From Mantamonas sphyraenae STR306 (Eukaryota; Protista; CRuMs), in assembly GCA_026936335.1 (NCBI GenBank), contig JAPMXV010000033.1, positions 62,001-126,000 on the forward strand: DNA of 64,000 nucleotides, given 5' to 3'. The first letter of the stretch is position 1; each line of letters starts with the position of its first letter. Under the pieces are notes generated by a model. The model did no database searches, had not been told where the DNA came from, and saw only the letters and a program-made list of their open reading frames with translations. Below are positions 22,901 to 33,397 of the stretch, piece by piece. The position numbers were made by a program, and so were the translations under genes.

Positions 22901-24860
22901 AAAGTGAAATCGAGCAGCTCACCGCCCAAAGCGCAACAAACTCGGAGCTGCAATGGATGGGACTTGTGGGCACAGCCGCCATCGCTGCCGATGAACTGAC
23001 GCCCGTGGATTTCGTCGCCGAACAGCGCGCCTGGGAGGAAGAGCACACTGCAAAGCCGCATGGTGTGTACACACGGCGAGCTGTGGTCGAGGTGGACAGC
23101 ATGCAGGAAGGCGGTGGGCGACGTGGTGGTCCGCGACGCCGTGCGTGGGAGGCGACGACGACGACGACGACGTCGTCGTCGACCTCATCTTCGTCTTCAT
23201 CCATGACGAAACGTGAGCCTGAATCGGATCTGGAGGCGATGGATGCCATGGACGTGGAAGAGGTGGCCAATGCGCGGGGGGAGGCCAACGCAGATACAAC
23301 CGTTGGCGGGATGAAGGAGTGGCACTGGGTCAACGACGATGGAGAGGATCTGGTGTGCACTGCGTGCAGGCGTGCCCGTTGTCACGAGGTGGAGGACGAC
23401 ATGTTGCTGTGTCGAGGGGAATGTGGACGTAGTTTCCACCGTCGCTGCTGGCATTTAAATTATAGCCAAATGCCAGAGGCGCGATGGACGTGACACAGGA
23501 GTGGAAATGCTTGGATTGCGAACCGGAGCAGAGTCTGCTGAGCACCGATGGCCGCGTGGCAAAGAAACAGGAGCATGCTCGTGCACAGGCTGCACATGCA
23601 CATGCAGCCATGCAACGGGCCAGGGGACAACATGTGGGTCACAGTGATGTGGATGAAAGCCGTATGGAGGAGGATGAAGAGACGGGAAGCAAACGAGAAG
23701 AGGAAGCGTACGACGGCTACGACTTTGGGATTCAAGCTTTCATGGGGTCGCAGGCATGCGACGTGTGCGGAGACGCAGCACAAGACGAGGTGGACAAGCA
23801 TGTAGTGTGTGGGATGTGCGGCGTGTGTGTGCACCAGACATGCTACGGTGTCAAGCGCATCCCTCCGCGCGGTTGGTTTTGCGCCCGATGCAGCAGCAGC
23901 GATATGGCTAGCGCCAGCTGCTACCTGTGCCAACAGAGTGGAGGGGCTCTGAAGCAGACTGTGGACGGCAAGTGGGTGCATATGGTGTGTGTGCTGTGGA
24001 TCCCGGGGCCCAAGATTGTTGATGTGGAGAGCATGGGCACGATCAAAGACTTGGAGGCGGTTGACGAGGCACACTACGATCACACGTGCGAAATGTGCGG
24101 GGGAGACATGGGCGCCATGCTGGGCTGTTCACAAAGGAGGTGCAACCATTGGATGCATGCGTGGTGCGCGCGAAACGAGGCCAACGTGATGATGTATTGC
24201 GTGGAAGACTCGGAGCAGCAGCCGCGGTACCTGTTCTACTGCCCTACACACGTGCACACGGGGGTGCAGCTGGGCAAAGAGATCAACCAGGCCCTGCAGG
24301 GCGCCAGCGAACCTCCCATGCATGGCTACGGCATGCGCAGGCACATGGACAACGAGGAACTGGATGCTTTTGACCAAGAGGTGGCTGAGGTGCGTGCTCG
24401 CCAGCGCGCTGAAAAGAAGAAGAGCAAGGCGAGGCGCAGGAAGGAGGAGGAGGCGGCCGCTGCCGCTGCTGTTGTTGCGCAAGCCGAGGCAGAAGCAACT
24501 CAGGCTGCGATTGACTTGTCTGAGCGCGCGCGACCCCGCCAAGCAAACACCAGCAGCAGTTCGTCATCGTTTGGTCACACTGACGGTGGCCATGTTGACA
24601 ATGATCAAGAGGAAGAAGGATCGACATGGGCGGCGACAAAGAGCAAGTCTGCGTTTATCCCGGAGAACCAACTGTACGATCTTGACTTGCAGGCGGTGGC
24701 CACAAAACTCAAGGTGGATGTGAGCGTTGTCGAAGCCGTGTATCATTGGTGGGAGCGGCGACGCTCGCAGTCGGGCAGACCTCTGCTGCGTCAAGCTCAG
24801 GTGGGCATCTTTGACGGGATCTTTCAGAGCTTGGACGATGACGACGAGTGGTATGTGTGA
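19976..24860 (+). CDS. BRPF/JADE/Nto1-like MYST-HAT scaffold: EPC-N region, PZP, PHD, PZP; two apparent missing bases (~22105 and ~23478)
   Basis: LDIERALPIV, IPIP and YDLDSDDEEW (EPL1/EPC-N). Two PHD-Zn knuckle-PHD modules (CCIC..CSEC..VHETCYG..CALC..GAFK..WVHVVC; CDVC..VHQTCYG..GALKQT..WVHMVC) with a single PHD between them. S/K-rich N-terminus. Confidence 0.82.
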
Positions 24861-25045
24861 AAAAGGTGAAGGGGGGGGGAGGGAGACAGAGAGGCAGGAA
24901 TGCAGCTCAACGTGTCGCGTACGACTCTGCCGACGCTGAATGACTGGGAAGCGTGTTTCCACGCTCGTCCATGACGACCACTTCTGGCGAGGCATTGACC
25001 TGGCCCGGCAGTTCCACGGTTGGATGGCCAGTGCTGTCCTCATCG

Positions 25046-28000
25046 TCATCGTTGGACACGCCGCCTTCCGAACGCATAGGCTTGAGCAATTCGGCGCCAG
25101 GCAGCCGTGCTGACTTGATGACACCCGCAGAGCGATTGGCACGCAAGCTGGATGTGCCTGCGGAGCGTTCTGAACGTGGGATGCCGCTGTGCGACGTGGT
25201 TTTCGTCATGGCCCGTGGTGGTGGAGTTGTCGTCGAGGGAGAACACACTGGTGCGTGGGCTGGAACCAAAGGAGGGTTCTTGACCCAAAAGACGCCGGGA
25301 ATTGCTCAAGCTTACACCCGTGTGCGGGGTGGAGAACCCCGAGCCGTCTTCCTTGACAAAACCTCCGGATGTGCCTTCCGTGGGCGTGGCTGATGCCAGC
25401 GCACGTGCGGCCTTGTCCAACTCGTTTGTCGAGCGTGGTTGCAGGTACTTGCGACGGCGGCCCCACAGATCGTACCGCTTGATCTCGTTCCATGCCAGGA
25501 TGCCAAAGAACGTTGCCACCCAGACGCCAAAGACCACGTACACGGCAATGTGCACCGTCATGAGAACCATCCCCAACGCCATGCAGGTGATACCCAGCAG
25601 GATGACGTAATGGCCGTTGATACGATGTAGGCGGTCGCGTCCAAGACGAGGCTTTTTCTGTCCGTTTGAGCCCAGAACAGGGCGGTAAGCACGGAATGGG
25701 CTGCATGAGCAGCAATACAAACACAAGGACGCCCAGATAGGCGTGTGTGCTTGCAAAGTGTTCGCGCACGACGGAAAAGATGATGATCATGCCGGCGGTG
25801 CTCAGGGCAAAGCCCACAGCGACGAGGCGCACGTGCACACGAACGGCGTCGGTAATCTTGAGGCCGTAGTAGCGCAGATAGACGACACTGGGCACAAAGG
25901 CAATGACAAAACCTGCTGCCATGAGGATGGCGTGGATGACACGCAAATCAAAGGTCAGCGCAGAGGTCCCTTGCTGGAAGTTGATGTCGGCGACGCCGCG
26001 TGCGGAGCGAGCGTGTTGCTCCAACACGTCACGATCACCCATGGCAAAGACAACCACCGTGTTTGAGTTGGCCACAATGGGCCTGTCTGTGCTGGAGTTG
26101 ATGGCAAGCGGACGACGGAATTGGATCATGGTGAAGCCGGCCGTTTGCGAGGCGGACCGTGCAATCAGGGAGCTGGATCCCTGCTGCGAGGTGTCTTTCA
26201 CCGGAGGAAGGTAGCCACGGCTGTAATAGTCGTCGACCATGGCTACCTTTGTGGTGTCATCGAACCATCCGATGACCATGTCTGCGCTTGTCATGCCCCT
26301 GTCTGACGGATTGAAGCCCACCCCCACCCATCCTGTGGTCTGTGCACTGACCATCATGTCCAAGTAGGTGTCACTGACTCGCCAATGCAGCGTCATCTTG
26401 CCGTCAAGTACAGACAGCGAGTTTGGCCAGCCTGTGGTCACCACCTGCGTGGAGACGCCATTCGACGTCGTGCCTGCGCCTGCGCCGCCATCCTTTGGAA
26501 GCAGAAATGCATTGGCAGCCATTTCGCTCTCAGAAAGGCCTGTGTTGCGAGCCACCAGCTGACGCAACGTGGTGGCTTGCCACTCGGCAATCTGTGCTCC
26601 TGAATACTCGGCGGTGTTTTCAAACCAGAAGCGATCGCCGTCGCGCAGGCGCTGGTACTGGTCCATCACTACGGCGCGGAAGAGAGCGCCCAGGTTGCTG
26701 TCTCCGGTGGTGTCTTCTGCCAGGCCACCAATGTAGGCGTCCACGAGGGAGACGTCGTTGCGGTACGCCTCCTTCAGGCGATTCTGCACCTCGGTGTCGC
26801 TTGTGATTTGGTCAAAGGTGCTTACTGGCACCAAACCGTACGCTTGGCGCATGGCATTGTAGCTGGGCACGCCGTGTTCGCGCCCACGGTTGATGTTGAG
26901 GGCCACGAGGTCGTGGCCGCCAAAGGCAGGGCGCCCAAAGAGAAAGTTGCGCATGTCAGACACAATCTCCACGTCGACCAGTCCCTGCGGGTCGTTGACG
27001 AGGCCACGCAGGTACGCATCAATGCCCACCTGGGAGACGGAGGCCGGGTTGAAGAACGAATCGCGCATGAGCTGGTCGCGTTCGGGGATGGTGCGTCCTT
27101 GGGCGTCGAGACGACGCAACACCGAGTTGGCTTCGCTGTGACCATAGCGAAAGGCGGCAGAGGCGAATCCGTTGGCCACCGCCGGGTTGACATTTGCCTT
27201 GTAGCCCGCGTAGTCTGGCAGGCGCTGGCCGATGATGGCAGGCAGGTACTCGTTGACAAGGATGCTCTGGAAGACGGCAATCACATGTTGGCGTGCCTGC
27301 TGGTACAGCTGTTCGTCGGACAGGGTTGCATCCTGTGCCACGAGCTGGTCCGCCTTGCGGTTGTGCTCGCGCACGAGGAGGGTAGTCAGCGAGATGAGCA
27401 TGGGATTCTCGTTGCAGCGTATGTCACCACAGGCAAACAGTTTGCTGTCCGCCATATTGAGTGGGTTCTGCATGTTCAGTTGTGTGGCCGAGTTGAACGG
27501 CAGCAGATTGCCTGCGGAGGTCTTGAGCTTGCCTCCTTGCAGTGTTCGTAGCTTGCCTGCGGTCACGCCGTTGGTGCCGTATATGTGTGAGGCATCCACA
27601 AACGACGTTGCTTCGTTGAGCTGTTCGCGGGGATTGGCGGTTGAGGTGCCCGTCCCTGAGTACACCTTGGTGCGTGACTGGCGAATGATGGACCGATTTG
27701 TACACTGGGGGTCGAACCACTGTGGGATGGGATGGGATGTGGGTGGTGTGGTGTGCATGTGCGCGTGTGTGCGTGTGTTTGTGGTGTTCTTCCGCGTGAG
27801 CAAAACCGATCGGCGACTTCTGGACGGCAAGTGAAGCCACGGAGCCACACGAGCCAAAAAACGCCGCGCTCCTTCCACACCACCCACCTCATCACACATG
27901 GGCACGGGGATGTTGATGGGCTCTTTGCCAGAGCTCGGGGGCTCGGTGAGGGTGATGTCATGGGCGAGGAATTGGCCCCAGGCCGTCTGCGAAGTGTGTC

Positions 28001-28650
28001 CAGGGACATTTGTGTGACGGTGAGTTTTCTTTCTTCCTGAATGGAAAGACTGCGCCTGTGCACAAGCCACACGCAACTTACCAGCAATCTGATTTGAAGA
28101 GAGATTGACAATGTGCAGACGGGGCAGCGAGTACACACAGGAAGGCGGCGGAGGAGTGTGTGAGTCGTTGGACGCGGGTTGTGTCGGGACGTGTGAGGAC
28201 AGCGGTGGGAACAGGGACGTACGAGTTGCGCAGTGAAGAGCGCTTTCCTGTGCCGATTGTACGGCACACGATGTTGGAAATATTGCGTGGGTTGGGCAGA
28301 GTGCTGACGTTTCCCTGCATGCCCCGAGGAACCGAGATGCCGTCCTCGTAGGCGGCCGGAGCGATGCGCAGGAGCGGTGAATTGGCCGCGCCTCTATTTA
28401 CACTGTTGAAAACGTTGTTACCTGTTCCATCATACGAACGAAAAGCTGGGATGGGTGCGTGGGGTGGGGTCGGGTGGTGAATGGAAACGGATGAGCAGGT
28501 AGAACGTTGTGAGGGGTGAAAGGTGCACACAGAAACTTGGATTGCAACAGCCAGCAACAGCAGCAACGTACCGGCCTCCACGCATCCCGGTGACAACAGC
28601 AGCAAGAGCAGAAGCAGGAACAGTACACTCTGGCTTCTTGTGCTCGTCAT
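25046..28650 (-). CDS. Heme peroxidase-DOMON-cytochrome b561 fusion, paralog B; introns 28571-28446, 28222-28089, 28081-27987, 27887-27720; apparent extra base at ~25698-25700
   Basis: Leu-rich signal peptide, FRSYDGTGNN, GQFLAHD, GDIRCNEN, FRYGHS and [37 protein letters not shown]. b561 His in VIHA, RVHV, STHA and RLHR. Confidence 0.88.
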
Positions 28651-28716
28651 GGAATTGCAGGGTGTGGGAAGGATTTGCGGGGTGGGTTTCTTTTGTGTCT
28701 GCTGCCGCTCCTCTCC

Positions 28717-30081
28717 TCACGCAATGGCCAGCCAAATGATGGCGAAAATGAGGAGGATGAGAAAGATCTTGATGATAAGGCCACGGTTGGAGCGGAGATT
28801 GGACATGTGGCGTTGGAGTTGGGAGTGGGCCATGTCGACGTTTGCCTCGGCATCGACAAAGTTGCGGTCGATCAGCTCCACCTGCTGGCCCTGCTCCTCA
28901 ATCATGATCGCAAGGCGTTGAAACACCTGGGACATCTCGGCCAGCGTCGATTCGATGGTCTCCACCGCGTTTGCCCGCTGCTCCATGTACGAATGGTTGC
29001 CGTCGTTTTGCATCTGCATCTGCGCCTGCATTTGCATCGGTTGCTTGGCCTGTGGCGACTGTGGCGGCGACTCTGTGTACGATGAGTTGTTCTGTTGTTG
29101 TTGTTGTTGTTGCACCTGCTGTTGGAACACTGTGGCTGTGTGGGGAAGGAACGCAAGACAGGGGTCAGCATCGTGCGCATGCGGCATACCAGCGTGCCCA
29201 CCCACCACCCCATGGGACATACACTTGCGCTGCTTGGGTGGTGCTGTGTAGATGTTGAGCCTCTCCTGCTGCTTCTTCATGCTCTGGGTGCGCTTTTCAA
29301 GGACAGCTCGGAACTGTTGGATTTGACCACCCATCTTCTTTTTCAGGAAGCCGATGACATTGCCTGTGTGAACCTTTTCTTGGTCGCTTGCTCGCTGGCT
29401 GCGTGCCATGCTGCTGCTCTGTGAATACGCCTCCAGCGCCTCGATTTGCTGGTTCAGTGCGTTGATGTCCTGCTTGATGACAAAGGTCAGCTTGTCGATC
29501 TCCGCAGAGTTGTCGTCAAACAATGACTTGCGTTGTGCCACTGTGTGTGTGTGTGTGTGTGTGTGTGTGGCGACGGTGTCAGCGGCAACAAGGCGGTCCT
29601 CCGTTTTCGTCGGGGAAACACTTGGGACGCGCCCCTGGGCGCAAGGATCACCACCATGAGCCACACAGCCAAGTGTAATCGCATACACATCAACACACAG
29701 AGGCGTGCATGCTTCGCTGTTTGCAAGGGAGGAGGCGTGCGTGTGCGGGGCGGCAGAAAGGCAAAACGGGACTGAATTCTCGTTGGGGGGGCAGTGGGAA
29801 AGCTGCGTACGTTTGGCGAGCTGCTCGAGCTTGTCGCTTGTGTTGCTGATGCTCTTTCCAATGGCAGAGGCCGCTTGTGTGAATTCACTACGCGTGGTGG
29901 GTGTGCTGTACTCTGTTTGGTCGCTGAGGCTGCTGTAGGCGCCGGCGGAGGACTTGCTCTTGAGGCCACCTGCGTTTGGCCTGCCTGTAAACATGACACC
30001 TGCGTTGGGCGGCTCATTCACATCCTTCATGGCACGCACTCGCTGTTGAAAGTCGAGGGTGCGGTTGCGAGCGCTCCTCAT
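28717..30081 (-). CDS. STX5: Syntaxin-5 (Golgi Qa-SNARE); in-frame introns 29810-29541 and ~29222-29136
   Basis: N-terminal RNRTLDF Sly1-binding-type motif. Splicing gives LAKLAQRKSLFDD. SNARE helix AVETIESTLAEMSQVFQRLAIMIEEQGQ and a C-terminal TM. Confidence 0.93.
   Translation of the reverse strand: MRSARNRTLDFQQRVRAMKDVNEPPNAGVMFTGRPNAGGLKSKSSAGAYSSLSDQTEYSTPTTRSEFTQAASAIGKSISNTSDKLEQLAKRTQLSHCPPNENSVPFCLSAAPHTHASSLANSEACTPLCVDVYAITLGCVAHGGDPCAQGRVPSVSPTKTEDRLVAADTVATHTHTHTHTVAQRKSLFDDNSAEIDKLTFVIKQDINALNQQIEALEAYSQSSSMARSQRASDQEKVHTGNVIGFLKKKMGGQIQQFRAVLEKRTQSMKKQQERLNIYTAPPKQRKCMSHGVVGGHAGMPHAHDADPCLAFLPHTATVFQQQVQQQQQQQNNSSYTESPPQSPQAKQPMQMQAQMQMQNDGNHSYMEQRANAVETIESTLAEMSQVFQRLAIMIEEQGQQVELIDRNFVDAEANVDMAHSQLQRHMSNLRSNRGLIIKIFLILLIFAIIWLAIA
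29543..29569. repeat. (GT/CA)n microsatellite directly upstream of the STX5 intron acceptor
   Basis: (GT)n run on the + strand, read as (CA)n-G on the coding strand. Similar runs occur near 34774-34798 and 56915-56939. Confidence 0.85.
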
Positions 30082-30139
30082 GGTTGGGTTGGGCTTTTGT
30101 CTTGGGCAGCGCCACGCGACGCAACCAAAATCTGGGCGC
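30082..30139. promoter_or_regulatory. Putative minimal bidirectional promoter between STX5 and SCAMP
   Basis: Only 58 bp separate the two divergent ATGs. A GC(C)CAA/GCAA plus A-rich tract faces each gene. Confidence 0.5.
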
Positions 30140-31873
30140 ATGAGTGAACCAAACCCGTTTGACGACGAAGAGGTATGTGTGTGGTGAGAGAGAGAGAGAC
30201 GTGTGCGACAAAGAAAGGGATGCGGGATTGCGTGGTGTGGTGCAGACGGTGGGAACCAGGGCTGACAAAAAAATGAGCGCGTGGCACGGTGGGACGACCC
30301 ACAACGCAGCATCACACGGCGGCCGCGACGGTGAGCACAGACTCCAGCGACACGACAGGGTCGCAGGCATCAAACGGAGGAGGCATGGAGTACAACCCGT
30401 TTGAGGCACTGGTAGGTGTGGAGAGTGAACAGAGAGAGAGAGAGAGAGAGAGCGAGTGAAGACTGACCTCGGCGCCGGGACACAGAACAACCCGGGCTCA
30501 GTCAACTACGCCCAGGGCAGCCAGGGTGGCGGCAGCAAGGGAGGCAAGAAGCAAGAGCAGCCCAAGAGCTCACCCAAGGAGAGCAGCAAGCAGAGCCGCA
30601 AGAATGCCAACAGCGGGGGGGCAAAGGTAAGGGACAAAGTGACGACGAAAAGAGAGGTCCAGCCAGCAGCATATCCCCTTCGGGCTGACACAACAGCGTG
30701 CGTTGCGCATGCACGCGTCGCCACGCGTGCTGTCACAGAGCAAAGAGGATCTGCTGCGTGAAAAGGAGCAGGAGCTGGCACGCAAAGAGCGCGAGCTGGC
30801 GGCAAAGGAGCGCACGCTGGTGAGTAATGCGAGGGAGGCGCGCGTGGATCTGTGGGTTCGGAGGCACAAGCAGGCGTCTGAAGCCGTGCATGCGTGGGAA
30901 CGCAAAAGGTCACTGACACGTCCACCGACTATGTGCACACACTCATGTGCAGGGCCAGAGCGGTGGCCAGGGCGCTTCTGCGCTGGAGATCCAGCAGCGC
31001 GAGCAGGCGCTGGCGAGAAAGGAGGCCGAGTTGCTTGAACGCGAGGTAAGGCCCCTCTCTCGTGAGGACAACACCACAGGACACAGTGAGACACAGACAC
31101 ACACACACACACACACGCCATTCAGAGCTTGCTGACACACAAGTGTGATGTCACAGAGGTTGATTGCACACGCGGAAGGGCTGGTGCGGCCGAAAAACTG
31201 GCCGCCGTGTGCGCCGTTCATGTACCACAACATTTCGGAGGAGATTCCGAGCCAGGAGCGCAAGTCGCTTGTGCGCAAGCTCTATTATTTGTGGATTGTC
31301 AACTTTGTGTGCTACATGTTCAACTTTCTGTCGGTGATGGTTGCGTTTGCCACGCCGCTGTTGCAAAAGGTGGAGGTGGTGCCGGGCCAGCCCATTTCCG
31401 ACTTTCTGTTTGCCACCCTGTTTCTGGTCATGGGTGCGCCGCTGTCCTTTGCCGGTTGGTACTACCAAACCTACCGCTACATGCAAAAGACGGTGCTGAG
31501 CAAACGCTTCTGGTGGATCTTTTTCCTGCTGGCCATCAACACGGCGTGGCTGGTGGCCCAGTGCACCGGTCTGTACTCGGGTGCGGCAGGCGCTGGCATG
31601 ATGGCCAAGTTCCTTACGTGTGGGCAGGGCAACTGTGGCACGTTTGTGCCCACCAGTGACGAACAGACCACCGCACAGGTTCTGGGTGCGTTTTACGCCA
31701 TCTCCTTCTCCTTCTGGCTGCTGTGTGCCCTCGTGTCCATGTGGATGTGCCGTGTGCTGTTTGTGTGGTACAAGGCCAATGGCGGCCAGGCCCTGGAGCG
31801 CGCAGACGTGGAGAACGAAGCCACCTCCATCATGGCTCGCCAGGCCATCAAGCAGGCCACCAATGGCATCTAA
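30140..31873 (+). CDS. SCAMP: Secretory carrier membrane protein; introns 30173-30309, 30412-30485, 30627-30738, 30820-30952, 31046-31156
   Basis: Two NPF motifs (MSEPNPFDD, YNPFE), coiled coil ELARKERE, KNWPP..YHNISEEIP and four TMs. All five introns are phase 0 and join in frame. Confidence 0.9.
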
Positions 31874-31977
31874 GATGCATGAAAGAAGGAGAGAGAGAGA
31901 GAGGAAGAGAGAGACAGGGATAAGTGGAGGGAACGGCAGCGCTGCCAACAAAACAAATCACCACTTCCATCGGGGAC

Positions 31978-33296
31978 ATGGACGCAAACACTCTTGCATT
32001 GTACCTGTCACATGTGCAGTCAGCGGTCGGCTACACGGTGAGCGTGGAGCAGAGTGCTGCCCTGCGCTTGTCGCTGCCTGTGCTCAAGGCAGACAACAAG
32101 CTGGACGCCGTGAACTTTTGGGGCGTCATCCAGGGTGTGCAGGCAGACTATCTCATTGCACAGGGCATCAACGAAGCCGATCCACTGGCTTTCCAGTGGT
32201 TTTGCAGGTGCGTTGTATTGATCAGCGGTGGTGGTTGGGGGGGGCGAGAGCGAGGGAGGGGTTGCGCGGGAGCCGCAGGAGAGAGGAAATTTGTCCGTTG
32301 GCGAAACTGCTCGACTGGGAACGGCCGCGCAGAGGGCCACGGGGGTAGCATGAGACACTGGATGAGACTGACACGGGGGCGGCTGGAATACGTGGATTTG
32401 GGATGAGCGTAGTCAGGACGCAGTGAACTGGGTGCAGCTGCAGGAAGTGGACACAACGACGGCAGCCAATGCTTTGAGGCTGGTCAAACGCTTCACAGGC
32501 GACCTGGCCCACGAGTTTGTGTACGAAATGCCTGTGCGCGAGAAGCAGAGCGCAGATGTGGTGGCTGCAGCCAATGCACAGGGGGCGTCGTCGTCCTCGG
32601 CCTCGACTGTGTCGGGCGAAGAGGAAGAAGGTGAGTGGTTGGCCGTGATTTCGAGGCCACAACGTACACACCCACGCTCACACACAATCCACACACACGC
32701 ACACACACACGCACGCACTCGCCCGCTTCATTGAACCACAACTGTACACACGCACACGGGTGAAACGCATCACCAAACACCTGCTGTGGGACACACACGC
32801 AGAGGAAGAAGAGGAGGAGGAGGGCGCGGGAAAGAGCAAGCAGGCGACGGTGGAGATTCGCGTGTTGGAAGAGGAGCGTCTGGCAGCCACAGTGGCAGCC
32901 ATTAGCCACGACGTGGCAGCAGTGCCGCGTGGAGCGCTGCTTCTGACGTCATCGAACGACGTGAAGAAGAACCGTGCGTTTGACGGACTGGACGTGTCGG
33001 AGGCAGGGCAGCTGTCGTCGTACGTGCACTACCGCAAGCCCGAGCTGGCCAGCAAGCGTTCACTGCTGGAGCAGGAGGCACTGGACAAGAACTTTGACTT
33101 TCTGGACCCTGTGGACGACGATGTGCCCTACGGCTGCTGGTCGCTCAAGTACAACAAGTCGACAGGCGTCACGGCCCTCAGCAGCTTCCTGTGGCCCGGT
33201 GCCACCTGTGTGCACCTGGTGGGCACCGCCATGTTTGCCAACGCATACTTTGGCACGGGTGTGAAGAACCTGGATCTGGGATTCCAGCTGGCGTGA
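31978..33296 (+). CDS. RSPH9: Radial spoke head protein 9 (introns 32208-32412, 32631-32802)
   Basis: FWGVIQGVQADYLIAQG, EEERLAATV..VPRGA, DDVPYGCWSL, LWPG and YFGTGVKNLDL. Confidence 0.92.
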
Positions 33297-33397
33297 TGGG
33301 GAAAATGGAACTGGAATTGACCTCTGCCTCTCCCACCCCCAACCCAATCCCACACCATCACCACCACCCACCACCTCACCACTGCTTCTCTTGCAAC

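Noticed and set aside
23491-23493. TGA as selenocysteine or read-through in the PHD gene
   Set aside because: The PHD finger is completed (WKCLDC) in a different frame, so this is a frameshift and not read-through.
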